From Aplysia californica (Eukaryota), in the NCBI RefSeq assembly GCF_000002075.1, contig NW_004797437.1, forward strand, positions 532,972 to 596,971: a stretch of DNA of 64,000 bases, given 5' to 3'. The number at the start of each line of letters is the position of its first letter. The first letter of the stretch is position 1. The notes under the pieces are model-generated. The model did not search any database, was not told the origin of the DNA, and saw only the letters and a list, made by a program, of their open reading frames with translations. A program made the translations under genes and the position numbers. Positions 50,501-60,814 of the stretch are shown here, one piece after another.

Positions 50501-50565
50501 TTCTCCTCTACCTGACCATCAAACTCTAGACCCGGCTCAACTGCATCACTGTGTTCATCAGCCAT
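23061..50565 (-). CDS. Multi-exon gene (18 coding exons, ~1201 aa): AT-hook + 9-zinc-finger transcription factor/chromatin protein
   Basis: All 17 introns are GT..AG with matching phases and the summed CDS is 3606 nt (divisible by 3). AT-hooks KRRGRPR and KRGRGRPRR. Eight C-x2-C-x12-H-x3/4-H fingers plus a terminal C2HC finger. Orthology not assigned. Confidence 0.88.
25753..25957 (-). CDS. ZnF gene coding exon 17 (EHQATC...LNIMVT)
   Basis: gtccag|GAG acceptor completes the C2HC finger (H-x3-C), CAG|gtaacg donor. Confidence 0.88.
27224..27380 (-). CDS. ZnF gene coding exon 16 (HYGQRDYKCGVC...SEYALK); fingers 7-9
   Basis: tttcag|G acceptor, AAG|gtaata donor, phase 2 to 0. Confidence 0.93.
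27840..28913. mobile_element. piggyBac-like non-autonomous transposon
   Basis: TTAA on both sides (27836-27839, 28914-28917), TIR CTCACTG(A/G)AGA; internal acidic ORF relic 28210-28407. Confidence 0.7.
29580..29699 (-). CDS. ZnF gene coding exon 15 (GCERSDISKH...ELHVKR); fingers 6-7
   Basis: ttccag|G acceptor, GAG|gtgagt donor, phase 2 to 2. Confidence 0.93.
30338..30504 (-). CDS. ZnF gene coding exon 14 (DMYILKMHVKMVH...CLICDYR); fingers 4-6
   Basis: cctcag|GAC acceptor (duplicated upstream, see findings), CAG|gtcagt donor; HDPEKPFKC linker. Confidence 0.93.
30489..31012. repeat. 38-bp minisatellite overlapping the exon-14 splice acceptor
   Basis: Unit TGAGAATGTACATGTCCTGAGGAAAAGTAAGGACATTT starts at 30489, 30527, 30565, 30603, 30641, then degenerates. 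Confidence 0.92.
31527..31655 (-). CDS. ZnF gene coding exon 13 (EFHPRCICPEC...CNICGKVYK); fingers 2-4
   Basis: cttcag|GAG acceptor, AAG|gtaggg donor, phase 0 to 0. Confidence 0.93.
31700..32090. repeat. Dispersed repeat shared with ~5585-5815 and ~59960-60020
   Basis: Shared AAAGTTCTAT.TGC.CAGTA.CTAGTT..AAGAAA..GACGTAAAAAA and CTTTGT..TTCTAAGGTA. Confidence 0.6.
32280..32455 (-). CDS. ZnF gene coding exon 12 (GLKASERELEKLKCPKCDFQGYYSQQYRNHIATH...LLAHFK); finger 1 and start of finger 2
   Basis: Hand-translated; catgtag|GT acceptor, AAG|gtcaga donor; C2H2 pattern. Confidence 0.92.
34041..34182. mobile_element. Palindromic MITE with TA duplication
   Basis: ~50-bp imperfect TIRs (TACGCGGTGCCCACTA.. 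/ ..TAGTGGGCACCCCGTG); splits a family D SINE. Confidence 0.8.
34768..34926 (-). CDS. ZnF gene coding exon 11 (ASMMNFT...KKDPIKI)
   Basis: tcacag|CC acceptor, TAG|gtatgg donor, phase 1 to 1. Confidence 0.85.
35350..35565 (-). mobile_element. LINE reverse-transcriptase fragment
   Basis: GLPQGS...LFLIFFND...LYADDL. Confidence 0.85.
37365..37472 (-). CDS. ZnF gene coding exon 10 (VLDSNSII...TMDTP)
   Basis: cctcag|TG acceptor, CAG|gtaagt donor, phase 1 to 1. Confidence 0.83.
39016..39196 (-). CDS. ZnF gene coding exon 9 (GFHNLPNF...LDTSG)
   Basis: cttcag|GGC acceptor, GAG|gtacag donor, phase 0 to 1. Confidence 0.83.
39844..39974 (-). CDS. ZnF gene coding exon 8, AT-hook 2 (PVKRGRGRPRR...TPVQ)
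   Basis: ctgtag|CT acceptor, CAG|gtacag donor, phase 1 to 0. Confidence 0.87.
40050..40243 (-). mobile_element. tRNA-SINE family D; interrupted copies at ~17712-18150 and ~33858-34208
   Basis: Shared AATTTAGATCATTTAGGAGGCGGGCTTC and tRNA-like head (GCGCCTAACCACTACACCA on plus). Confidence 0.65.
41118..41288 (-). CDS. ZnF gene coding exon 7 (EYEELEDSDEEEP...APAAAPP)
   Basis: Not in the ORF track in this frame; hand-translated open frame; cctcag|AG acceptor, CAC|gtatgt donor, phase 1 to 1. Confidence 0.85.
41681..41931. mobile_element. hAT-like MITE
   Basis: TIR AGGGATGGAAA / TTTCCATCCCT with repeated TTACGGA and TACTGAT subterminal motifs. Confidence 0.6.
43360..43416 (-). CDS. ZnF gene coding exon 6, 57-nt basic exon (GTDGVRRSGRKRRKAKLLE; NLS-like)
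   Basis: atttcag|GG acceptor, AAG|gttggt donor, phase 1 to 1. Confidence 0.75.
44113..44271 (-). CDS. ZnF gene coding exon 5, AT-hook 1 (GTKRRGRPRL...)
   Basis: ccttag|GT acceptor, CAG|gtgaag donor, RGRP core. Confidence 0.88.
45064..47003 (-). mobile_element. Degenerate RNase-H-bearing LINE (I/Nimb/Ingi-type) inside a ZnF intron
   Basis: YRPISLTS, GVPQGGVLS, YADD, YLGVTFD (RT); VYTDGSA, AE, LTDAKS (RNase H); several frameshifts. Confidence 0.92.
47004..47195. repeat. ~25-bp degenerate minisatellite next to the exon-4 donor
   Basis: Repeated TAACACTGTCCCATG..GGTACA. Confidence 0.75.
47211..47385 (-). CDS. ZnF gene coding exon 4 (EEKRSSVKKE...LKPAP)
   Basis: taacag|GAA acceptor, CAG|gtgagc donor, phase 0 to 1. 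Confidence 0.87.
48378..48773 (-). CDS. ZnF gene coding exon 3 (VEREDGS...QTLMKP)
   Basis: ggcag|GTG acceptor, CCA|gtgagt donor, phase 0 to 0, acidic ORF. Confidence 0.88.
49472..49767 (-). CDS. ZnF gene coding exon 2 (GVNVITS...DNSVMQ)
   Basis: ccttcag|GT acceptor, CAG|gtgaga donor, phase 1 to 0. Confidence 0.88.
50349..50565 (-). CDS. ZnF gene coding exon 1 (MADEHSDAVEPG...SSTTT); exon extends to acceptor at 50593
   Basis: Acceptor cttacag|gac; start context aagATGg; donor ACAG|gtaggc; phase 1. Confidence 0.82.
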
Positions 50566-53427
50566 CTTGGGTTTTCAGCATACTGATTGTGTCCTGTAAG
50601 GAGACAGGAAATTCGGACTCAGGAGCACATCTTTTGTTAAAAAGCCTTTTATATATTCATAATTCATTAATGGATTTGATAATTTAACTCGGAATCAAAC
50701 CCACATCAGGAGTAAAGATGACAATGCCCAGTTAAGTTTTCACTGCAGTGGAACTTCACTGCAGTGGAACTCGGTTTCAACGAACTCGGATTCAACTAAA
50801 GGGATTGGATTCCCCGGATTTTTATTCGTAAAAATCAATAAAGATAACTCGGATTCAAGGAACATATATATATATATAAATGAGCAAGCTCGGATTTAAG
50901 AAAGTCACTTGCAGGTTGAACTACTTCATGCGACCAATCAGCGGCCTCCTTTCAAGCTAAGATATATGCGTTGTTTACACATACCAATGTTTTAGCGTGT
51001 GGCGGCCAGTCGAACGGGCTGCCAGCACACGTGGGAAGTGTGACAGGGTGTGCGTGTGTCGGGGGGTACTTTTATTAAGCAGTCAAGACGTGGAATGTCA
51101 GTAGAGATAAAAACGAGACACACCGGTTACTGATCAATATTACAAGACATAGGTTATGTAATAAATTGCGCGCTGGACAGTGGAATCAAATGTGACCCTG
51201 TGCTAGGCTCTACACAGCAACATAACTTGCTCGGCAAACAATATGTTATAGATTTATAGATTACACAGGTATGCATTTGAGCGAATGAATTGGCCCTTTT
51301 GCAGTGTGTGCTTGATAGAGAGTTCAGAGTATTTACAGGGAATTTTTCAGCATTTTTTCGGTATCAAAGAAACGACCCCAAATGCTTCTCATTTGAAAGC
51401 AAACTACTTTTGGTTGAGAAAGTATTACTTGCTCAACACCTGTAATTATCTACATCAAAACCTCATATTTGCTATAATGAACACTCAGATTCAACTAAAT
51501 TGAAGGCCAGGCCCAATGACTTCTTGAATCAGAGTACCACAGTATTATACAAATCCCTATTCAACGTTCCACAACAAGAGACTACTGTGCTTGTGTTCCA
51601 TTCTTCGACTGCACTTAAAATCAAAATTAAACGGTAAAACATCATTAACCAAAAATAATGGCGGTGACAGGGGAGATTACCGTGTCCTACAGGACTTCCT
51701 ATATAATTCATTCCTTTCCCCCCCCCCCCCCCCCCCCCCCAGATCATAGGGCCGAAGGTTACACCCGGATGACTGATCAACAAAAAGCATTCATTTTAAC
51801 CTCTTAAAGAGTTTTTTTTAAGTTGTTTTTTTAGCTTGTTTTGATGTTTTTCTTTATTTCAAATCCAAGTGACATAACATACACAATGCATCATAATTTA
51901 TGAACATGCTAGGGATGAAGACTATGATGGTGAGGATGAGGCTGACCTCCTTGCAAAAAAATAATGTTTATTAAATTAACATCTGGTGTTCTTTTTCGCC
52001 TAGCTGACCACAGTGTAGAAGACTGGAGTAGGGAAAAGCAAAGGATTAGGAAGTTGGAAGCACGAGCACACATGGATGTAAGAGTGAGAGAGGAGAGGGA
52101 AGGATGCAAAAATGCAATTTATGTCCGCTGGCATACAAAATCAAATAACTTGCCTTCTTCTAACTGCTGCTGACAGTGTTGTATTCTTGAGTCGGAGTGC
52201 AGTGACACGACTATCATTTTTTGGCCATTTTTCTTTATTCATGCAATGCCCAAAAATATATGGACCCTTGATCATCCCTGAGAAGTAAACGTTATAAAGT
52301 TTACAACGAAAAGGAGGCATAGTTTAGAGAAGTACTCAATTTCTTGATGCCAGTTTAGTTCTTGCTTGAAGGTTCGGATCTCGCTCCGGCTGTCTACCGT
52401 AAGTGTCCCAATCGATTGACCAGTCAGTTGCTAGCTAGGGGTCTAGCATAGAGCGTAAGTTACGCATGATTGGCCACAGTAACGACAGCACTAGGGGCAT
52501 TTAGATCAAAGGCAGTGGCGTTGTAACAATTGATAGCAGTGCCTGGGCAGGACGGTGAATTTTAAGGTGCTGATATGATAACAATGTTGCGGTGGTAAAG
52601 ATTACGATTGACAAGGAAAAATTATTTTCAATATCGGCACTTCGCCCGCTGGTGCACCCTTTTCCAGTTGCGTGCAAACTTGGACACTTTTACTACTTTA
52701 AAGTTTAAAAATAAAATAAATAGCAAGCCTTCATAAAATCTGTCTCTATTTTTCTCAATTGTGATATTTTATTTTAAAAACTGTGAAAGTTTATTATACT
52801 AAAATTTAACTCTTCTTTTTTCTTTTCGGACTTTAGTAGTAGAAGTAAACTGTCACTGTAGTAGGCCTGTGGCAGTTATTTAATAACAGGACAGTTCTTT
52901 GAGCTTAGATCAGGTACAAATGTCATATTTGGTGAATTAAAAGATGCTTCTCGAGAAGCACAGAGGATGGAAATGGGCATGGGTACGTTAGTTCAGGCTC
53001 AGGGTTCAGGATGGGGACGGTAGGAGGGTGAGTGTGTGTGAGGAGGGGGGGGGAGCGACTTTCTGTCAACACGTTGATTTGATCCTATGAAGTAGGCAAT
53101 GGGTACTGAAATTGACAAACAGGCGAAGACTTTTCCAAAAATTCCATTCTTGTAATACTTGATTCCAGAGTCTAATACAATATCCCAAAATTTAAAAATT
53201 ATTGGCTAGTTTAAGTTGAGCTTACTTTCGCAAATGTTAACAAATTTCGAATTGCGAGTATACGTCGCAACAAGAGCAAAAGGGGGTTTTCATCCAAATC
53301 GATCATAACATTCCCCGATTGGTCATTTTCCCCTTCTCAAGGCACGGGCTTTATTTTGTCCGGATTTACAATCGGTGACTCGTGAACGGTGATGCTAAAT
53401 CGCAGCAAATATTCAAGTAGTACTCAC

Positions 53428-53600
53428 CAAAAAAGTGTCGTGTAAATTCGAAAAAACACTTTGAAAGCTTTTGAGTGTCAAAAATAAACCTGAAAAAGAT
53501 GAATTTCAGTGCTGCACAAATAAATCAAGATGGCCACACTGCTTGTCCATGAGTGAACGTCGTCATGACCTATTTTCAACGTGACCCACATGGCTGACGT
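53428..53600 (-). promoter_or_regulatory. Probable non-coding first exon and core promoter of the ZnF gene
   Basis: Strong donor TTG|gtgagta at 53428/53427; YY1-like CAAGATGGCC at ~53527-53536; TGACGT half-site near 53595; the ATG exon has an upstream acceptor that needs a donor. Confidence 0.55.
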
Positions 53601-54450
53601 ATTTTTAGCTATTTTAGTCCCATGTATTATAGTCCAATGTACTGTTCATGCGCAAGGTGTCTACGTCTACACACTGACACAGGGTTGGTTCAGTCTTGCT
53701 GGTCCTTTTTTTTTCACTCACCCTTTATACTCACGCCTTTAATGTCGAGTTGAAAAGATAACCAAGAGTTCAATGTAACAGAATTTTTGCTTTTTTGCTG
53801 GCTCTGGGGTATGTTGTTGTCTTTCTTTTTTACTACTGCCCCAACAGTCAGTAGGCCTACATTACGTTAAAATGACAATTTCATTTCTTATCTAGTACTT
53901 TATTCAGATCAAGTCCTAAAAGTCTTGGCCTAGATCTATACCGTACCGGAAAAAAGCTTTTAAAAAATTGTAGCCTACTTGTAATCAATAAAAATGTGAA
54001 TGTTAAAGTCACAATACTGAGAAAAAATTAGACACTAAAACTGAGGGGGGAAAATGTGACAAAACAGAAGAAGAATCGATGAGTGTGCCCACCTAAAGAC
54101 CTATAAAATGAGGAATTTAGCCTTTCATTAAGTGTCTCCATGTTACGTCTTTTACTTACTAAATATCCTTCAGATTGACACATACCTGTATGTAAGTGTG
54201 CTCTCGGGTCCGTTTCAATATGAGCATTGCTATTGCTAATATTGCTATGTATACAGACCGTTGAGCGTGCCAATGCAATGTAAAAAAAAAAGCACACCAA
54301 AAAAAATCACTAGGGAAGACAAGGAAGTGACCGTTTGTACAGGTGATTGTCTTTTATGGGTGCCCATTAAAGCAGGTTTAACTGTGTATGCCTTTTTTTT
54401 TTTCTTGGTAAGTGTTTTACGGCCCTCGCAACTGGATATGGATCTAGATC

Positions 54451-54630
54451 TGCTGTCCCCGTCGTTTTATGCAACAAAAATTCTGAAATTATGCAAACTG
54501 AGCCCAAAAAAGTGAAATATTGCTATTCTGTGAATTTTAACAAAGAATGTTAAAGGAAAATAATCAGAAATGTAAAAAATGATCAAATTTTGCTAAATTA
54601 TGCGGGATGCATAAAACCACGGGGACAGCA
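54451..54630. mobile_element. ~180-bp MITE; inverted copy at 19911-20093
   Basis: TIR GTCCCCGT(C/G)GTTTTATGC; internal sequence shared between the two copies. Confidence 0.75.
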
Positions 54631-55599
54631 ATAATGGGGCAAGCAGGCCTTCTCAGTATCCTCCTACATATTGGAGCGCGCGTCTGTGTAGGCCTACACA
54701 TGATATAAGCCTATAATAAGCCTAGTGGTTTGTGTAGTCATTTTTTTCTTGTAAAATGATTCTGAGAAGGATACATTGTCACTCCAGTAGCCTAGGCTAC
54801 TGCTTTGTCTTTTAATTTGAAGTTTCTCGAATCCAAGATACTTTTCTGGGGGTGTTTAAATGGTTGACAGAATCATGAGTCTCCTCATTATACACAACTT
54901 TGACGACGTGTCAAGGTAGGAGAGTCACCCATGGCAGTTTGTTATTGTTATGATCTATGTGCTCGTTCCATCCTTGTTTTGGCAGGTCTTGGACTCTCTG
55001 ACTCTTGTTTTCAGTGGTCTTATTATCCGCCATCACTGCGCCTGTATGAAAGACGGAATATCTCAACAGTCAGCTCCACTATTTTATTTGTGGAAGTTAA
55101 CATTAATTTAGTCTAGGCTATCTCGTAATCCTTTTACAAAAGTAAAATTTCAACTTTCTTTAAACCGAGAAAAGCCTTTTGTCAGCTAAAGAAGCGTCCT
55201 GTAAAAAAATAATACAAGAAGAACCTTGGCAACCCCAACGACAAAAGAGACACTTTCAATTTCAAGCAAAAATTAACACCATTTCCAAGAGGCGCTCTTC
55301 CACTCCCACCACTACTTCCCCCGGACACAAAATACTAAGGGTCGTTTCAAAGGGCAAGCGTTTGACTTGTTGATAAAATAATTAAGAAAAAAGGTGGCGG
55401 AAAGGGGGGGGTGAAGTAGATAACGTACATCGAAATAAAATCGTAAATGATCATGTATAAATAATATTTTATATGCATTTAACCTGGCATGCATGCCCTT
55501 TCCCGTAAAACGAAAACAGCTGCAAAAACACGAACAGCAAAAACAAAACGACCGCCGGTTCTGGAAGATGGAGGACCTTCGTCGCCAAAGAGAGGAGAA

Positions 55600-55709
55600 A
55601 AAATGGAGCGTACATCACGGAAACAGCTAGAAAATGAGGCACAGGACAGGCTTCGTTGGAGAAATGTTGTTGATGGCCTATGCTCCACTGGGAGTTAAAA
55701 GGGCGAGAA

Positions 55710-55776
<67 letters not shown>
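55600..55776 (+). mobile_element. RTE 3'-end fragment followed by (GA)n
   Basis: QLENEAQDRLRWRNVVDGLCSTGS* typical of RTE C-termini. Confidence 0.65.
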
Positions 55777-55783
<7 letters not shown>

Positions 55784-57430
55784 ATTTCAGAAGAACAAAA
55801 TGACAACACATCGGAAAGTAAGATGAAATTGACCACAGAATCAACATGTTCATTGTGATCCTAATAACATTTTGACATGAAGCTTACAAGATCTAGTATG
55901 AAGTCACCATCAAAACTGATGCATGTTACTTTATGTAACGATGCATGGAAGAATAGACTCCCTACCCCCCACCTCGATGAAGAAATCCTCGTCAAGAGTT
56001 TGGAACCTTGTTTTCACTTCGTGGATTAATTCTTCGTTTTCGTCAAAATTGTTACGGCTTTAGTGGGGTTAAAAGATACATGGTAGTCTGAAGGCGCCAG
56101 ATCAGGACTGGGAGGGGGAGGGGATGGTGGCGAAACCTCCAAACCATACTTTTGAATCCACTCTTTGGTCACGTATGTGGTAATGCATTATTATTATACG
56201 GAGTGGCGTACGTCATGCTGCAGGGGGGGGGGGGCACTTTTGCTCAATTATTGTCCCAGTCTCTTCCGTCGCACCTCCCCTACAAGTATCACTTTTTTTA
56301 GTGTTTCACGGCAGCAGGCAGCATTAACAGTTTTACCCTGTGGTAGAGAATAAAGCCAATGTATAAGCAGAGAGGGTTTACAGTAATACCTCTCTGGTAT
56401 AAGCAGAACACATTTGTATTACATGTATTCCGGAACACCGTTTGCCATCAATTTTCGCGTCGAAGTCGAACGCTGCACTTTGAACTTTTTGGGCGGCGGT
56501 GATGATGGATGTTTTCGCATTACTGAGTTCCTCCTTGTTTCTGGTGTAATGTGGCGAACTCATGTCTCATCACCCGGGATTATACATTCAAGAAAGTTTT
56601 AATTACCTGTGTTCTTCCGCCGAAGTCACTTAATCTGGCCGAACAGCGTGTCAGGGTGTTACCACAAACCACACATCGCTCCACTTTGTGCTCTTCTGTG
56701 AGGGCCCATAAAAGCTGATGCTTTGAGATCTCAGCTGGGTAATTATATTTGAACTGCCATAGGAAAGATAGCGCTAGTGTCAAGGCAATATCATGCACTT
56801 TGATATAATATATCTATCCTTTAACTTTAACTTGCTTAATTAAAGATAAGCTCATCAATCTGCCTCATGTTGGTTTTAACGCTGAAGTTCGGGACCGCTC
56901 TGAACGCAGTTGGTCCTCCAAGTTGAAACATCCTTCTCTGAACAAATTGCACCATTGACGTACCTGTTTTTCTTTTGTTTTGTTTTTTGAATTCATCACA
57001 TCCGTGCCATATTACACGAATATATCAATAAGGTCTCTACGTCTGAGTGAATTTCAGATAGATTGTTCCCTTTTGCACCCACAACAGCTTTGACTTTAAA
57101 AATTCGACAGTGCCTTAAAACCAAGCTAAAAATGGCTTACTTAATGGTATCGCCATATTTGTTGTGCTATCAAAAAAAGCTTTCATAATTTTGGTGCCAT
57201 ATATTCAAATTAATTTTATTAATGCGTTAGTCTCTGATCTATGCGCCTGTTTATTGTACTTTTCGAACAACCTTTTTCGCCCCCACTATTACAACCATGT
57301 TAGTTTACCGTGCGTCATTTTGATTTTGAGGCGACAGTTTTACATCAGACGTTCATGGTCAGAATTTGCACGGCAAAACAGTTCCGACTAAACAGATTGT
57401 TTCAGATTGGCACAGCACGAGACCATCGTA

Positions 57431-57933
57431 AATGCTTTACAGCGCTAGCAAGTGCAATAGGTCATATGAGCACGAGGAACACATTAAACATTTTCAGTTG
57501 GTAGGAAATTTTGATTTTTTTCCGAGTGGCGGCAGAAGCCTACTTAACTTTTCTGCAGTCGATGTTGGACCATCAAGGGATCTTTAACGTGCGCACAGCA
57601 CGGGACTTCCGAGGTTTTTTTCGCCCTTATCCGAGAAGGCTAGAAGGTGTAGATCTTACCTACCATAAGATCCGGGGTGTGGCTGAAAGACGGCGGTAAA
57701 TAAAAGCCAAGGAGTAGCAGTGGAAAGGCAGCAGAAAGAACCGGGAGCCCAGAGGAAGGAGCAAGGGGAATGAGGCAGAAAGTGGAGACGAAAGCACAGA
57801 ACATTGTTTAATGTTAGAGAGCGGGAGAACATTTTAGAGAGGAAAATTTATGTCGCTATCCGGATTCGAACCCGTGATCTATTGAAAGAGAGTTGAGAGG
57901 CGAACGCCTTGACCTCTAAATCACGAGAACCCC
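57431..57933 (-). mobile_element. SINE family A, copy 4 (head-only fragment also at ~60637-60770)
   Basis: Same head, core and tail order. Confidence 0.85.
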
Positions 57934-58567
57934 CGTCACTAAGTCTGAGTGAATTTCAGATTTTGTTCCCTTTGCACTTACAACAGCTTGGACTTTAAAA
58001 TTTGACAGTACTTGCTGTGGCATGACTTGCTCCATCACTGCGTTACTCTCTCTCTTACTTTTACACATTGTTAACGAGCGTTTGTCCCTGCTATAATAAC
58101 TGGTTGGGCTCCGATGAGGCCCTGTTATTGCCGATAACTTTTAATAGAGACAAAGAGTAGGAAAAAACGGGGATTTAAAAAACCCTGTTACTACCGGATC
58201 CCTGTTATTACCGTGCCAGTTATATACGGTTTCCACTGTACAAAACTTCCACTAAAGACCTCCACAATTTTTATATTTTTCATCCTTATCTAAGAAATAT
58301 TTGTGCTCCATCCTAAATTTAGATCAGGTCATTTAGAAAACAGGACACCCCCCACAAAAAAAACAAAAACACAACAAAAACTCAATGCTGGAGGGGATCG
58401 AATTGTGGACACCTGGATAGACAAGCAAACGCCATACCCATAGTTACAAAGTCCCCTCCAAAATTACTTGTTAATCCAGTATGCTGGAGGGACTGAATGA
58501 GTAAAAACCTCACCAATTGTCTCGATATCCTGAGTTAGTGATACAAATGTGAGGCATCATGGTGAAA

Positions 58568-58968
58568 TCAGGCGCTCGTCAAAATAATGAAATCCGTGAA
58601 ATCGTCATTTTTCGGCCAGTTAGGCCATATTTTTCAAATTTGTTTTTTGGCTCAACACCTTATATGTCCATTAAAAAACACTTTTATGTGTGGATTTTAT
58701 AGAAAAACATTGATTAAAGACACAAAAGAAGTAAATTTGCAGTTCCCAAGGACTCTTAAGCTACGGAAGTCACCAAACTTTGGCAGCCATTTTCTCACTA
58801 ATTTTACTTCTGAAACCCGGCGACCCCCACCTCCTTCAACCGCAAATATCTCGACTTCTATTCAAGATAAATGAATATTTTTTCATCAAAATCAAGGCAA
58901 ATGAACAACCTTTAACTTTAAGATGACACCAATAACTCTACATACCCAAAAAATTGACAAGAGCCTGA
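58568..58968. mobile_element. Probable MITE
   Basis: Inverted termini TCAGGCGCTCGTCAA / TTGACAAGAGCCTGA. Confidence 0.5.
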
Positions 58969-59009
58969 ATCCGAGTCGTGACACAAATGGATTTCATTGT
59001 ACATCGTAC

Positions 59010-59812
59010 TACGGTGGAGTCCACGTATAACGAGTCCGGAAGCAACGAGAAGTCTGTTATGAAGACACCATCTAAAACCCGTTTTTTTTCTCTTCTTTAC
59101 CTCTATGTAAATAAAATACTACTATAGCGCAATCAGACAAACATGCGAGTCGGTTTTAGTTTTAGCGGAATATCGCTGCTGCTGTGCACAGGCCAATTAT
59201 ACATAATGTAAAACCTCTCAAGTTGAGAAACTTTTTGGTGATCTAGCGAAACAAAGAATGGGAGAGCCCATGAGTGTCACCAATGAAGGCCAGAGCGACT
59301 GAGTAGGGAGGGTGTGGCATACGCAGACAAGCAGAACGCATCGCGTGATAGGCCAGTGTAAGCCTAGTTTAGATTATCAAGGCCTGCCATGCCTCTCACT
59401 TCTCTGATGTGGGGATGTAGAGGTCACAGAAATGTGATGGATGGAGCCAATGTGTGACGTGTCCAAGCAGACAGAATGCACCACAGGGTGTGGTGGGGTG
59501 GGAGAAAACACTTTCTGATCGCCAACCCCGAGCTGTCAGTTAATATCGCTAGCGCTATGTACAGAAAGAAACCCGATTCGATTTATTGATCACGTAAGGC
59601 CTAGAGGTCATGTTGAAACAAAATCATCATCAAGGGAGATAGCAAAAAGAAATTAATAGAACACCAAACTCATAGATCTAAGATTAGGACTACTTTACAG
59701 TTTCCCTTGAATTTCTTACTGGATCTCTTAGTTATAAGTTATAGCGAGAATCCTGCTATAATGGACATTTTGCATCGGTCCCCTCCCTCTTGTTATAACA
59801 GGATTCCACTGT
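59010..59812. mobile_element. pogo/Tigger-like MITE; related types at ~50746-51544, 41340-41543, 23700-23830, 38718-38889, ~58070-58240
   Basis: TA-flanked TIRs of form CAGTGGA..C / G..TCCACTG. Confidence 0.7.
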
Positions 59813-60814
59813 AGTACTATTACCAGTGTCACTGGCACCCTCCAACCACACATTCCACCCTTTTACTTAAGTTATGTAGTATAGGGTTTTACGGCGCTCG
59901 CAACTGCTAAGGTCATATGAGCGCGCGAAACACAAGTTGTTTACTTTCGCAAAAGTTCACTCCACGACTGGTCAACTAATTGACTTTAAAATGCTAAAAT
60001 GTTAAAATTTAGTGTAAATGTCGAACTCGAAGATAACCCTAGTGCATCAATCAGCTCCCCACAAGAGCAGGATGGCAGTAATAAATTGACAAACTGAAGT
60101 GTAGCGGACTAAGGGTAAAATACATTGACAAATGACACCTGAGGCTGAACTGACAGGATTGTGTACGGAATTTATGGTAACAAATAAGAAAAACAGCACC
60201 CCTCCCTGATAGCTGCCAGACGTCCCGTATCAGACCGTCTTTACTCTGATAGAAGAACTTGCTCTGTCCGTTCTGACGTCAGGCGAAATGGGAAATCATT
60301 CCAGCATCACTAGATAATTTGATTATGTCTCTTTTCCCATCACTTGCTTTTACAAATATAACCTCCAGATTATCACTACGTCAGTTGCGGAAAAGTAAAA
60401 GCACATACTGTACATTGGTAAAGCCGATTCTATAGAGCCAACCATCTCTAACAAAATAGATAAACTTGCTCGCCTTCTTCACAACCAATACAATAACAAG
60501 TTCTCCTGCTACACACCATTTTTGCAAAAGATGACCGTGTCCAACTGTCAGTTTTTGGTGACACTGTAAGTGGTTTGCCCACCCAAAAAATGTCTAGTTA
60601 AGTATCATATGGTTTTCCTATAACAACGTCAAATGAGCAGAAAGTGAAGACCAAAGCAGGAAAGGAAGTGAAGAGCGAAAGGAAAATTCTCTACAGAGAA
60701 GAAAATTTTAACCGTCACTGTCAGGATTAGAACCTGGGACCTATTGAATGAGGTGAACATTATAACCTAGACATCAAACAATTATAAAAGCACAAAAACA
60801 AAATGAAAACAGGT

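Noticed and set aside
23061-50565. Naming the gene ZFAT, CTCF or ZNF335
   Set aside because: Finger number and sequences do not match what I recognise well enough, so the symbol was left empty.
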